A stretch of 32,000 nucleotides of DNA from the NCBI GenBank assembly GCA_041661045.1, contig JBAZVE010000001.1:360001-392000 (forward strand), written 5' to 3'. This DNA comes from Candidatus Saccharimonadota bacterium (GTDB lineage Bacteria; Patescibacteriota; Gracilibacteria; UBA1369; 2-02-FULL-48-14). The position numbers and the translations under genes are program-made. Shown here piece after piece: positions 16,484 through 24,519 of the stretch (positions are counted from its first letter, which is position 1; each line of letters opens with the position of its first letter). The notes below the pieces were generated by a model. That model did no database searches. It was not told the DNA's origin and saw only the letters and a program-made list of their open reading frames with translations.

Positions 16484-17752
16484 ATGCTGCGCAAGAACAA
16501 GTGGGTCGTCCTCATGGCGACCATGGCGAGTGTGGCCCTGCAGTCCTGCAAGCGCTGGGAAGACTATGGACAAGGAGGGAGCGAATCCTTCCTCACCCTG
16601 CCCTTCCCTTCCGGTCAGTACTGGATCCTGACCCAGACCTACAACCAGGGGTCCCATGTGGACTACGGGTTCGAGTACGGCGACGACCGCTACGCGCTCG
16701 ACTTCACCCAGAGCGGGTGCGACGCGTACGGCGAGGCCGTGACCCCCCTGGCGGAAGGCATCGTGATGGAGACGGCGACCGAAGGCAACGGAGACCACGG
16801 CTACGGCAACACCGTGCTCATCGAGCACGGGGATGGCTATATCAGCCGCTACGGTCACCTGTCCGAGATCTGGGTGTCCGAAGGAGACTACCTGGACAAC
16901 ACCGATCCGCTGGGCGCGGCGGGCAATACCGGCTACTCGCTGGGAACCGCCTGTCCGCAGTACCCCGGCACGCACCTGCATGTCGCCTTCTACAAAGACG
17001 GCGTGGCGGTGAAGCCTGAGCCGATCTCCGGCAACGAGAACCTGGAAGAGTACTGCTGGTACAACCGCGAGGGCGCTGTCAACTGTGACCACAACCCCGG
17101 AAACTACACCCCCGTGGACGAGAGCGCCGAGAACAGCGAGGATCTGGACATCGACCTGATGAGCCTCTCCCCGGAGTACGGCACCGCGGGTGAGACTCCC
17201 TTCGTGTGGGTGGCCGTGGTGGACAGCCCGGATGAGAAGCCGGACGCCACCCTGGTGATCCACAACCCCAACGACGGTGAGGACTACGAGTTCGAGATGG
17301 AGACCGAGAGCCGCGAGAGCCCCTTCGTGTTCACCCACCGCAAGACCCTGCGGGATGCCAACACCCGCTACGAGTACTGGGTGGAAGTGAGCAACGACAG
17401 TGGCAAGACGAGCAGTCCTCATGAAGACATCGAGGTGGACGAGAGCGAGGGCTCCGTGCCGGAACTGGACGATGAAGACATCAGCCCGAGCAGCGGCGAG
17501 GCGAGCGAGACCGAGTTCGAGTGGGAATGCCGCGTGGAGAGCGACGATGAGCCCGAGGTGACGCTGCACATCGTCTCGGCACAGGATGCCGAGATCTACC
17601 GCTTCACCATGGACCTCGACGAGGACGGCAACGACTGGGAAGCGGCGTACGAGAAGTCCTTGCGGGATGAGGCGGTCTACACCTGGTGGATCACCGCCGA
17701 GAACCGCGACGGCATCACCACGAGCAGCGTGGAGAGTGTGGAAGTCGAGTAG
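16484..17752 (+). CDS. M23 family metallopeptidase lipoprotein with two C-terminal ~100-aa acidic tandem repeats; high-GC foreign gene
   Basis: MLRKNKWVVLMATMASVALQSC is a signal peptide plus lipobox. M23 blocks are YALDF, GYGNTVLIEHGDGYISRYGHL, GAAGNTGYS and THLHVAF. The SD AAGGAGGTG lies 4 nt before the ATG at 16484. 19 of the first 20 codons end in G/C. Confidence 0.85.
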   Translation: MLRKNKWVVLMATMASVALQSCKRWEDYGQGGSESFLTLPFPSGQYWILTQTYNQGSHVDYGFEYGDDRYALDFTQSGCDAYGEAVTPLAEGIVMETATEGNGDHGYGNTVLIEHGDGYISRYGHLSEIWVSEGDYLDNTDPLGAAGNTGYSLGTACPQYPGTHLHVAFYKDGVAVKPEPISGNENLEEYCWYNREGAVNCDHNPGNYTPVDESAENSEDLDIDLMSLSPEYGTAGETPFVWVAVVDSPDEKPDATLVIHNPNDGEDYEFEMETESRESPFVFTHRKTLRDANTRYEYWVEVSNDSGKTSSPHEDIEVDESEGSVPELDDEDISPSSGEASETEFEWECRVESDDEPEVTLHIVSAQDAEIYRFTMDLDEDGNDWEAAYEKSLRDEAVYTWWITAENRDGITTSSVESVEVE

Positions 17753-17871
17753 AAGGCCAAGCTGTCGAGAGCGCCGATGCCGGCGCGCCCGCGCAAGCTG
17801 AGAGTTCATCTCCCAGATCCGTCGGTGAGCTGAACAGAAGACCGCGCCCCTGTGCCCGGTGTACTGATTCC

Positions 17872-17915
17872 GGTGTCCGCTTCTGACTTTGTCGGAGGCG
17901 GACACCTTTCTTACC
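17872..17915 (+). terminator. Rho-independent terminator after the M23 gene
   Basis: GGTGTCCGC (17872..17880) pairs with GCGGACACC (17898..17906). Adjacent CTTC/GGAG extends the stem, and TTTCTTACCTTT follows. Confidence 0.55.
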
Positions 17916-17931
17916 TTTAAACCCCTTTTCT

Positions 17932-18465
17932 ATGAAAACTATTTTTATCCTGACCCTGCTTGTTTTGTCCGGTCTTATGGTCGGCTGTCAACAGCGGGAA
18001 ACTGCTTCTAAGCAAGAACCCCTTTCTGAAGCCGAGCTTCTTTTGTGTCTTGAACGGTTGGAAGATCCCAACCTGGAAGTGGACAGTATAGACGCTTTTT
18101 CGATGGGCGGTTTTGTCCGCAGCACGGCGGAGGTGGCCCCTTTTTCGGGAGAACCCATTACAGTGATTTATCTGGCGGTGGATGAGAGTGATCCTCTTTT
18201 TTACAACTATTTTTATGAACTGGCCGCATCACAAAAAATCGATGCCATTTATGACGGTCAGCTTTATTTGAAACTTGGAATTCTAAAAGAAAGCCCCGAT
18301 GGAGAGTTGAGTTTGGACAGTTCGGCCGTACTTTCCGCCGTTCGGGCTCAAGATATTTTGGATGCCCTTTCTTCCGGTGAGTGGATATCACTGAATATGC
18401 TCATGGCTCCAACTCTGGGCCTGGGAGCAAGTGCGAACAGCGTGCATCCGTGTCTCATTGATTGA
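17932..18465 (+). CDS. Putative lipoprotein (177 aa)
   Basis: MKTIFILTLLVLSGLMVGCQQ shows a signal peptide plus lipobox. No other family recognised. Confidence 0.65.
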   Translation: MKTIFILTLLVLSGLMVGCQQRETASKQEPLSEAELLLCLERLEDPNLEVDSIDAFSMGGFVRSTAEVAPFSGEPITVIYLAVDESDPLFYNYFYELAASQKIDAIYDGQLYLKLGILKESPDGELSLDSSAVLSAVRAQDILDALSSGEWISLNMLMAPTLGLGASANSVHPCLID

Positions 18466-18468
18466 GTC

Positions 18469-19050
18469 CTACTTGGTCACCCATGTGAGGCCGGCATCGT
18501 TCACAATAATGGTTTGGAGGGCGGTATTGTTGGTTTCGTCGGACTCGGCAATGGTGCTGGTGAGTGCGTAATCCACCTGGTGCTCCACCGTTAAGGATGC
18601 GGTTCCTTTGTCGCGAAGTTCTTGGTAGAAATCTTTATAATGTCCGTAAGCGGCGTCGAGCTCCACGGTTTCTGTGAATGCGGCGGTTTCCCCTCCACCC
18701 AAGTCGAGCTCACCGGCTAAACGGAGTGTACCAAAGCCTCCGGATCCATAAGTGAAGTTGCAGTAGTTGTAATTGGTGCCGGCAGCGGTTACGGAATTGG
18801 CGTTGCTGATTCCGCACACTTCATTAATAACGACGGCAGCGGCGAAAACCTCACCCGTGGCATCCAACCACACTTCACCGGTCATGGTGAAAGCCGTTTC
18901 CTCAAGAGCGGGGACAAGGTCGGGGAGGGTGGGCACTGTTTTCGTTTTGAATGCCCCCTGAAACAGTTCACCTTGAATACCGGCGGAAATTCCGGCCGCG
19001 AGCACAAGGCCCACGAGTCCACCGGCTAAAATTTTAAGCTCGAGTTTCAT
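18469..19050 (-). CDS. Secreted/anchored protein, possibly CARDB-like
   Basis: N-terminal hydrophobic signal (ILAGGLVGLVLAAGISAG). The C-terminal ...AESDETNNTA... resembles the E-x-N-E-x-NN end of CARDB domains. This is weak evidence. Confidence 0.5.
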   Translation of the reverse strand: MKLELKILAGGLVGLVLAAGISAGIQGELFQGAFKTKTVPTLPDLVPALEETAFTMTGEVWLDATGEVFAAAVVINEVCGISNANSVTAAGTNYNYCNFTYGSGGFGTLRLAGELDLGGGETAAFTETVELDAAYGHYKDFYQELRDKGTASLTVEHQVDYALTSTIAESDETNNTALQTIIVNDAGLTWVTK

Positions 19051-19127
19051 TTGTTTTGGTTTAAGATTTTTTATGTATCTCTGTACTTTAACATGTTTTT
19101 ATGTTTTTTGCAAGGCCTAGGAGGTAA

Positions 19128-21329
19128 CTAAAGCTTCTCGAGGGGTGCGATACTTATGGAGAGTTTTTTGAGACCGGCGGAAGCATCTTTGAAAGCCACC
19201 GTGACAATCCCTCCCTGAATTTTCATCACCACGCCTTCGCCAAAACTGCGGTGACGAACGCGGTCTCCCTCAAAAAGTTCGACGGGGTCGAGATTGCCAT
19301 AATCTTCCTCCACGGGGATTGGGCGACCCGAAAAACTTCCGTTGAATTGGGGGCGAGCGGCGGGGGGCTCGGGGAGGTCCAAAAGTTCTTCGGGAATGTC
19401 GAGTAAGAATTGGGATGGAGCATTTTGCTTGAACTCCCCAAAAAGCATGCGTTGCTGGGCGTGTAAAAGATAGAGATGATCCATGGCACGAGTGATGCCC
19501 ACATACATGAGCCGTCGTTCCTCTTCGAGTTCTTGGGGTTCAAAAAGCGAGCGGCTGTGAGGGAAAATTCCTTCTTCAAGCCCGGTCATAAAGACCACGG
19601 GGAATTCGAGACCTTTGGCGCTGTGCAGGGTCATGAGCGTCACGGAATTTTGACTTTCGTCCACACTGTCCAAGTCCGTCATGAGTGTGATTTCTTCGAG
19701 AAAAGTGGACAATGCGGCGCGGGGTTCCAAGCCTTCATACTTATCGGCAACGGTGATCAATTCTTGAATATTTTGGAAGCGGGCTTCGCCTTCGGGAGAC
19801 TTGTCCTCTAGTAAATATTCTTTGTAACCGGATTCGGCAATCACATGTTTGAGCACACCCGCAACGCTGAATTCTTCGCTGAGTTTTTGAAAATGACGAA
19901 TGAGCCCTGTGAAGGCTTCGATTTGTTTGACCTTGCCGGCGAGATCCGGAATTTCGTGTATGTGTTCCATGGCGCGGAAAACGGAAAGGTCCCTTTGAAT
20001 GGCAAAGGCCTGAAGAACTTCAAGCGTTTTGGGGCCGATTTTACGGGCGGGAACATTGATGATGCGCAGCACGGACACGCTGTCTTCCGGATTCAAAATC
20101 ACTCGGAGGTAGGCGATGAGATCTTTGATTTCTTTGCGGAGATAGAACTTTACGCCGCCCACGATTTTGTAAGGAATTCCAAAGCGCATGAAGGCTTCTT
20201 CGATGGCGCGGGACTGTGCGTTGGTGCGGTAAAGGGCGGCGAATTCGGAATAGGTCGGTGTTTCATGCTGACGGATGTGAGTCATGATGATTTGCGCGAC
20301 TCGCATGGCTTCGTCGCGCTCATCTCGCGCAACCATAATTTTAATTTTTTCTCCGCCATCGCGCTCGGTCCACAATTTTTTTTCTTTACGGTGAAGGTTT
20401 CGGGAGATAACGCCGTGCGCCGCTTCCAAAATCACACTCGTGCTGCGGTAGTTTTGTTCGAGCTTGATCACCAACGCCTCGGGATAATCTTTTTCAAAAT
20501 CCAGAATGTTTTGCATGTTGGCGCCGCGCCAGGAATAAATGCTTTGGTCGGGGTCGCCGATCACACAAATGTTGCGGTATTTTTCCGCGAGCATTTTTAC
20601 CAAAATATATTGGGCGTGGTTGGTGTCTTGATACTCATCCACGGAAATATAGCGATAGCGCTCCTGGTATTCATCCAAAATCCGAGGAAAATTTTTAAAG
20701 AGCAGCACGGTTTTCATGAGCAGATCATCGAAATCGAGGCATTGATTTTTGGCGAGACGAACCTGGTATGCCTTGTAACACTGAGCCACTTTTTCGGTGA
20801 AAGCATTGTGGGCGAGGTTTTGATACTCTTCCCAGTCCATCAAAATATTTTTGGCTTGGGAAATATGCCCGAGCACGGCCTTGGGGTTCACCTGTTTTTC
20901 ATCAATGTGATGGTCGCGCATGATTTCTTTCATCAGCACCACTTGATCGTTGGCATCGTAAATGGTGAAGCGATTTTCGTAACCGAGCAAATGAATGTGA
21001 CGGCGGAGGATTTGTGCACAAATGGCGTGAAAAGTTCCCACCGTGGGGAGTTCTTCCGGAGTGGCCTGCGAAGAGGATTGTGAAGAGGCGCTCAGTAATT
21101 TTATGATGCGATTTTTCATTTCTCCCGCCGCCTTGTTCGTAAAAGTCACCGCTAAAATATTCCACGGCCGCACTCCTTTTTCTTGAATGAGGTGGGCGAT
21201 GCGGTGGGTGAGGGCGCGTGTTTTCCCGCTGCCGGCGCCGGCAATAATCAGCACGGGGCCTTCCGTGGCGCGCACAGCGTCCTGTTGAGCAGGGTTCAGG
21301 TTGTCTAAAATAGTGTTTGGCATTGGCAA
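19128..21329 (-). CDS. pcrA: ATP-dependent DNA helicase, PcrA/UvrD family
   Basis: 733 aa. LNPAQQDAV, AGAGSGKTRALTHRIA (Walker A), VDEYQDTN, YRS, the TLMTLHSAKGLEFPVVF block and VGITRA are SF1 UvrD/PcrA motifs. Confidence 0.92.
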   Translation of the reverse strand: MPMPNTILDNLNPAQQDAVRATEGPVLIIAGAGSGKTRALTHRIAHLIQEKGVRPWNILAVTFTNKAAGEMKNRIIKLLSASSQSSSQATPEELPTVGTFHAICAQILRRHIHLLGYENRFTIYDANDQVVLMKEIMRDHHIDEKQVNPKAVLGHISQAKNILMDWEEYQNLAHNAFTEKVAQCYKAYQVRLAKNQCLDFDDLLMKTVLLFKNFPRILDEYQERYRYISVDEYQDTNHAQYILVKMLAEKYRNICVIGDPDQSIYSWRGANMQNILDFEKDYPEALVIKLEQNYRSTSVILEAAHGVISRNLHRKEKKLWTERDGGEKIKIMVARDERDEAMRVAQIIMTHIRQHETPTYSEFAALYRTNAQSRAIEEAFMRFGIPYKIVGGVKFYLRKEIKDLIAYLRVILNPEDSVSVLRIINVPARKIGPKTLEVLQAFAIQRDLSVFRAMEHIHEIPDLAGKVKQIEAFTGLIRHFQKLSEEFSVAGVLKHVIAESGYKEYLLEDKSPEGEARFQNIQELITVADKYEGLEPRAALSTFLEEITLMTDLDSVDESQNSVTLMTLHSAKGLEFPVVFMTGLEEGIFPHSRSLFEPQELEEERRLMYVGITRAMDHLYLLHAQQRMLFGEFKQNAPSQFLLDIPEELLDLPEPPAARPQFNGSFSGRPIPVEEDYGNLDPVELFEGDRVRHRSFGEGVVMKIQGGIVTVAFKDASAGLKKLSISIAPLEKL

Positions 21330-21409
21330 GCGGACCCAAGGGGTCTGCTAAGAAATAAGTGGCGTGAGCCACAACCATATTATATGATAATTGTACTTCA
21401 CGCCAAGCC

Positions 21410-22060
21410 ATGCGCCGTTCCTTCTTTTGGGTCAGTTCGGCCGTTTGCCTTTCTTTGTTCATTGCTTTAATTGCAAACCTGATCTCCCCCAGTCCTGCAC
21501 TCAAAAATGCCGGCACAAACCTCTTGGCTTTTGATGCACTCCCCGTCGTCAATTGGGATGCGGACAGTGCTGTGGAAGTGGGGCTGAGCGTCCGCTCCTC
21601 CGAGCAAGCTGAAACGCTTTCTTATAGTTCGCAAGCGGAAGTTTTCCGTTTTGTGCTGGATTCCGAAGGGCCTTACACTCTGCGCTACCTCACCCTAACC
21701 GTGGAGTCTCAAGGCCTTAAGCCCATGGATAAGTGGACGGTGTACCGAGTGGTGGATGGGGAAGTGGATTTTACGAAACCTGTGGCCATGAGTGAACGGC
21801 GTGATGGCCAGCTGCTCCGCCTTCGGTTTGCTTCATCCGCTTCTGCCGGATTCTTCGCCGACCCCGGTAAAAATACATTCGTTTTGGTGACCAGTGTTCT
21901 CAAAGATTCTTCCTCAGAGGGTGGCGCGAGTCTTACCCTAGGATTCCCGAATGCTCCTCTCGATAAAGAGTGGGATTGGGCTTGGCTACCCGGCCACCAT
22001 TCCGGGGCTTGGCTGGAAGTGGGGGAGAGCCTGGGACTTGAGGAGGTGACCGCCGGTTGA
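21410..22060 (+). CDS. Hypothetical secreted protein (216 aa)
   Basis: N-terminal hydrophobic segment (FFWVSSAVCLSLFIALIANLI). No family recognised. Confidence 0.5.
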   Translation: MRRSFFWVSSAVCLSLFIALIANLISPSPALKNAGTNLLAFDALPVVNWDADSAVEVGLSVRSSEQAETLSYSSQAEVFRFVLDSEGPYTLRYLTLTVESQGLKPMDKWTVYRVVDGEVDFTKPVAMSERRDGQLLRLRFASSASAGFFADPGKNTFVLVTSVLKDSSSEGGASLTLGFPNAPLDKEWDWAWLPGHHSGAWLEVGESLGLEEVTAG

Positions 22061-22085
22061 TCTTTGTGCGAAAGTTTGCTATAAT
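22057..22085 (+). promoter_or_regulatory. Sigma70-type promoter for the FN3/Ig surface protein gene
   Basis: TTGATC (22057..22062), 17-nt spacer ending in TGC, TATAAT (22080..22085). It lies 35 nt upstream of the ATG at 22121. Confidence 0.55.
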
Positions 22086-22120
22086 GAGGAGATTTAAAAA
22101 CAAAAGTAACCAAAATTCGT

Positions 22121-23581
22121 ATGGCAAAAACCTCACAATTACTGCGACTCAGCAGCCTCGCCGTCCTCTTCTCTCTTGTAGGAGGGGTGTTTGCGTTTGC
22201 TGAGATCGTGGATCCCGCTACGCTCCCTTCCACTGTGGAAGGTCTTGAAGCGGTTCCCGGTGATGCCGAGGTGACTCTAAGCTGGGATGCCGCCACCGAT
22301 GACAATGGGGTGGAAGGTTATCTTGTTTACACCGGTCTTCAATCGGTTGCTGAAAATGGTGGGGCTTATACCTTTCCTTCCAGTGATGCGGGAAATGCCA
22401 CCTCCTATACTGTGGACAACTTGAGCAATTCGGTGACTTATTATTTTGCGGTAACGGCTTACGATGAAGATGGAAATGAGTCGGAATTCTACTCCAAAGA
22501 AGTGGAGGCGACTCCAGAGTCTACGGAAATTGCGGATTACACCGCTCCTACTGTAAAAGAAGCGAGCGCGATCACGGCTTCCCTCGTGGAAGTTCAGTTT
22601 TCCGAACCCGTTGAACTCCCTACGGATGCCAGCTCTGCCTTTGCACTCGTTTCCACCGTTGGAAACGGCTTGCAAGTGATTGATGCGTATCTTTCTGATG
22701 ATCCCAGCACTGTGTTTTTGGTCACTGAAATCCAAGAAGCGGGCATGGAATATGAACTTACTGCCGGAATTGGCATTTCAGACGAGTCCGGGAATCCCAT
22801 TGAAAGTGGGACTTCCGACACGGCTTACTTTACGGGAAGCGGCCTTGTAAAAGAGGAGACTACCCCTGTGGATACCGAGAAGAGCAGCACTTCGTTCGTT
22901 CTTGAAGAAGTCACCGCCACTGAAACCAATGAATTGGTCTTGGTGTTTTCGGAAGAAGTGGTTGCGGCTGCCGTGGATTCTTTCAGCATTCAATTGGAGG
23001 ATGATGCCACTGAAACAGTGGAAGTTCTTGCCGTGAGCATTGATGATGAAGACCCCACTGAAGTGACTTTGATCACCGAAGAAATGGAAGCGGGTATGGA
23101 TTATGTTTTGAGCCTGGACGACTCCGTCTTCAATACGGATGGAGATTCTGTTTCCGAAGCGGATCGCAGCATGGACTTTACTGCTAAAACTTTGGAGATT
23201 GCTGATCTTATTGCGCCGGAGGACATCACCAATTTCCTTTCGGAGGCTACGGATGAAAGCACCGTGCTCCTCACCTGGACCGCGAGTGCGGACACTGCCG
23301 GAGACCTTGCGGAATACCTGCTTTACCAAAGCATGGACAATGGAATGAGCTTTGGAGATGCGCTTGAACTCGCCTCCAGTGCCGTGGAGTATGAGGTAGA
23401 CGATTTGACTCCCGGTAAAACCTACACCTTTAAAGTCACCGCCGTGGATGAAAACGGCAACGAATCCGAAGGAATGCTCACCACAGTGACGCTTCCCGAA
23501 TCCGGACCCGGTCTTTTGGTCCTTGGAGCCTTGTCTCTTCTTGGAGCCGGAGCTTTGAGCCGAAGGAAGAATAAACAATAA
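22121..23581 (+). CDS. Surface protein: signal peptide, FN3 domain, two Ig-like (SbsA_Ig-type) repeats, FN3 domain, C-terminal LPESG-hydrophobic-basic sorting signal
   Basis: FN3 hallmarks occur twice (AEVTLSWDAATDDNGVEGYLVY...TYYFAVTAYDEDGNES; VLLTWTASAD...EYLLYQS...TYTFKVTAVDENGNES). The central repeats begin TAPTV...VEVQFSEPV and LVLVFSEEV. The tail is LPESGPGLLVLGALSLLGAGALSRRKNKQ. Confidence 0.8.
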   Translation: MAKTSQLLRLSSLAVLFSLVGGVFAFAEIVDPATLPSTVEGLEAVPGDAEVTLSWDAATDDNGVEGYLVYTGLQSVAENGGAYTFPSSDAGNATSYTVDNLSNSVTYYFAVTAYDEDGNESEFYSKEVEATPESTEIADYTAPTVKEASAITASLVEVQFSEPVELPTDASSAFALVSTVGNGLQVIDAYLSDDPSTVFLVTEIQEAGMEYELTAGIGISDESGNPIESGTSDTAYFTGSGLVKEETTPVDTEKSSTSFVLEEVTATETNELVLVFSEEVVAAAVDSFSIQLEDDATETVEVLAVSIDDEDPTEVTLITEEMEAGMDYVLSLDDSVFNTDGDSVSEADRSMDFTAKTLEIADLIAPEDITNFLSEATDESTVLLTWTASADTAGDLAEYLLYQSMDNGMSFGDALELASSAVEYEVDDLTPGKTYTFKVTAVDENGNESEGMLTTVTLPESGPGLLVLGALSLLGAGALSRRKNKQ

Positions 23582-23583
23582 AC

Positions 23584-23601
23584 TGTCAGGTTTTTGTCAG
23601 G
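23584..23601 (+). promoter_or_regulatory. Direct repeat TGTCAGG x2 with 11-bp register upstream of the MBL gene
   Basis: TGTCAGG occurs at 23584..23590 and 23595..23601, each followed by a T-run. It shares the TCAGG core and 11-bp phasing with the 16302..16359 repeats. Confidence 0.3.
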
Positions 23602-23634
23602 ACTTTTGTGGGGGAGTTTTGTTAGAGTGGGGGA

Positions 23635-24519
23635 ATGAAGATTCGACTTTTGGTTTTGAGCATCTTGGCGGCGCTGCTGCTGGGTCTGGGCGGTGCGTGG
23701 GTTCGCTTGCCCGGAGCATTTGAGCTGCATGTGCTGGACATTGGGCAGGGGGATGCACTCTTGCTGCGAACGCCGGATGGGGTGAATATTTTGGTGGATG
23801 GCGGGCCGGGGCAGGCTGTTTTGGAGGAACTCGGTGCTGTGCTTTCGCCCTTCGACAAGCGGCTGAACCTTGTGGTTTTAACTCACCCGCATGAGGATCA
23901 TGTGGCCGGGCTGGTGCCTGTTTTGGAGCGCTTTGAGGTGGACCGCGTGCTGCTGAGCGCGCCGGAATACAATAATGAGGCGTACCGAGCTTTGATGGCA
24001 TTTATTGCGGAAGAAAAGATTGAGTATTCTTTTGCGCGGGCGGATGAGGATTTTGAATTTGGCGAACTGAATTTGGATGTTTTGTATCCTTTTGAGCCGT
24101 CGACCGGGGAGGAGATGGCGAATGTCAACAATGCCTCACCGGTGATTAAAGTGACTTGGCGAGACACAAAAATTTTGCTGATGGGAGATGCGGAAATGGA
24201 GGTGGAGGAGGAGCTGCTGGAAGCCGGCGTGGACCTGCGCGCGGATATTTTAAAAGCTGGGCATCACGGAAGTCGGAACAGCAGCACGCTGGAGTTTTTG
24301 GAGGTTGTGGAGGCGGAGCTGATGCTTATTTCTTGTGGCCTCGGGAACGACTATGGACACCCCCACGCAGAGTCTTTGCAAAAAGCCGAAGACCTTGAAA
24401 TGGAGGTGCTGCGAACGGATTTGGATGGACGGATTTCGCTGGAGTTTGGGGGAAATTACTCTTGGCTGCGGGTGATTTTTGCGCCGAGGCTGCGGAGTTT
24501 TTCGTCGAGTCGTTCGTAG
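23635..24519 (+). CDS. MBL-fold metallo-hydrolase, ComEC C-terminal-domain-like
   Basis: Signal/TM segment, then LHVLDIGQGDALLL...ILVDGG...LVVLTHPHEDHVAGL...MGDAE...LKAGHHGSRNSS...ISCGLGNDYGHPH...LRTDLDG. This is the ComEC/Rec2-type beta-lactamase-fold domain. The 3' end overlaps murA by 64 nt (convergent). Confidence 0.8.
   Translation: MKIRLLVLSILAALLLGLGGAWVRLPGAFELHVLDIGQGDALLLRTPDGVNILVDGGPGQAVLEELGAVLSPFDKRLNLVVLTHPHEDHVAGLVPVLERFEVDRVLLSAPEYNNEAYRALMAFIAEEKIEYSFARADEDFEFGELNLDVLYPFEPSTGEEMANVNNASPVIKVTWRDTKILLMGDAEMEVEEELLEAGVDLRADILKAGHHGSRNSSTLEFLEVVEAELMLISCGLGNDYGHPHAESLQKAEDLEMEVLRTDLDGRISLEFGGNYSWLRVIFAPRLRSFSSSRS

Noticed and set aside
16412-17891. GACTTTG at both edges of the high-GC M23 segment as possible target-site duplication
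   Set aside because: A 7-bp match is expected by chance many times in 32 kb, and the positions are not precisely at the compositional boundaries.
16409-17905. 498-aa ORF on the minus strand, the longest ORF in this region
   Set aside because: It is antisense to the M23 peptidase gene in a high-GC segment, where stop codons are rare. The product is an Arg/Ala/Val/Gly/His-rich low-complexity string with no motifs, whereas the plus-strand frame has clear M23 motifs, a lipobox and an SD.
19845-21083. 412-aa plus-strand ORF
   Set aside because: It is antisense to pcrA/uvrD, which has clear SF1 helicase motifs. It is a shadow ORF.
22778-23578. 266-aa minus-strand ORF, plus smaller ones at 22277..22821
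   Set aside because: They are antisense to the FN3/Ig surface protein gene, which has a signal peptide, domain signatures and a promoter.
23597-24001. Pro/Ala-rich 134-aa minus-strand ORF
   Set aside because: It is antisense to the MBL-fold gene, with low-complexity shadow-frame composition.
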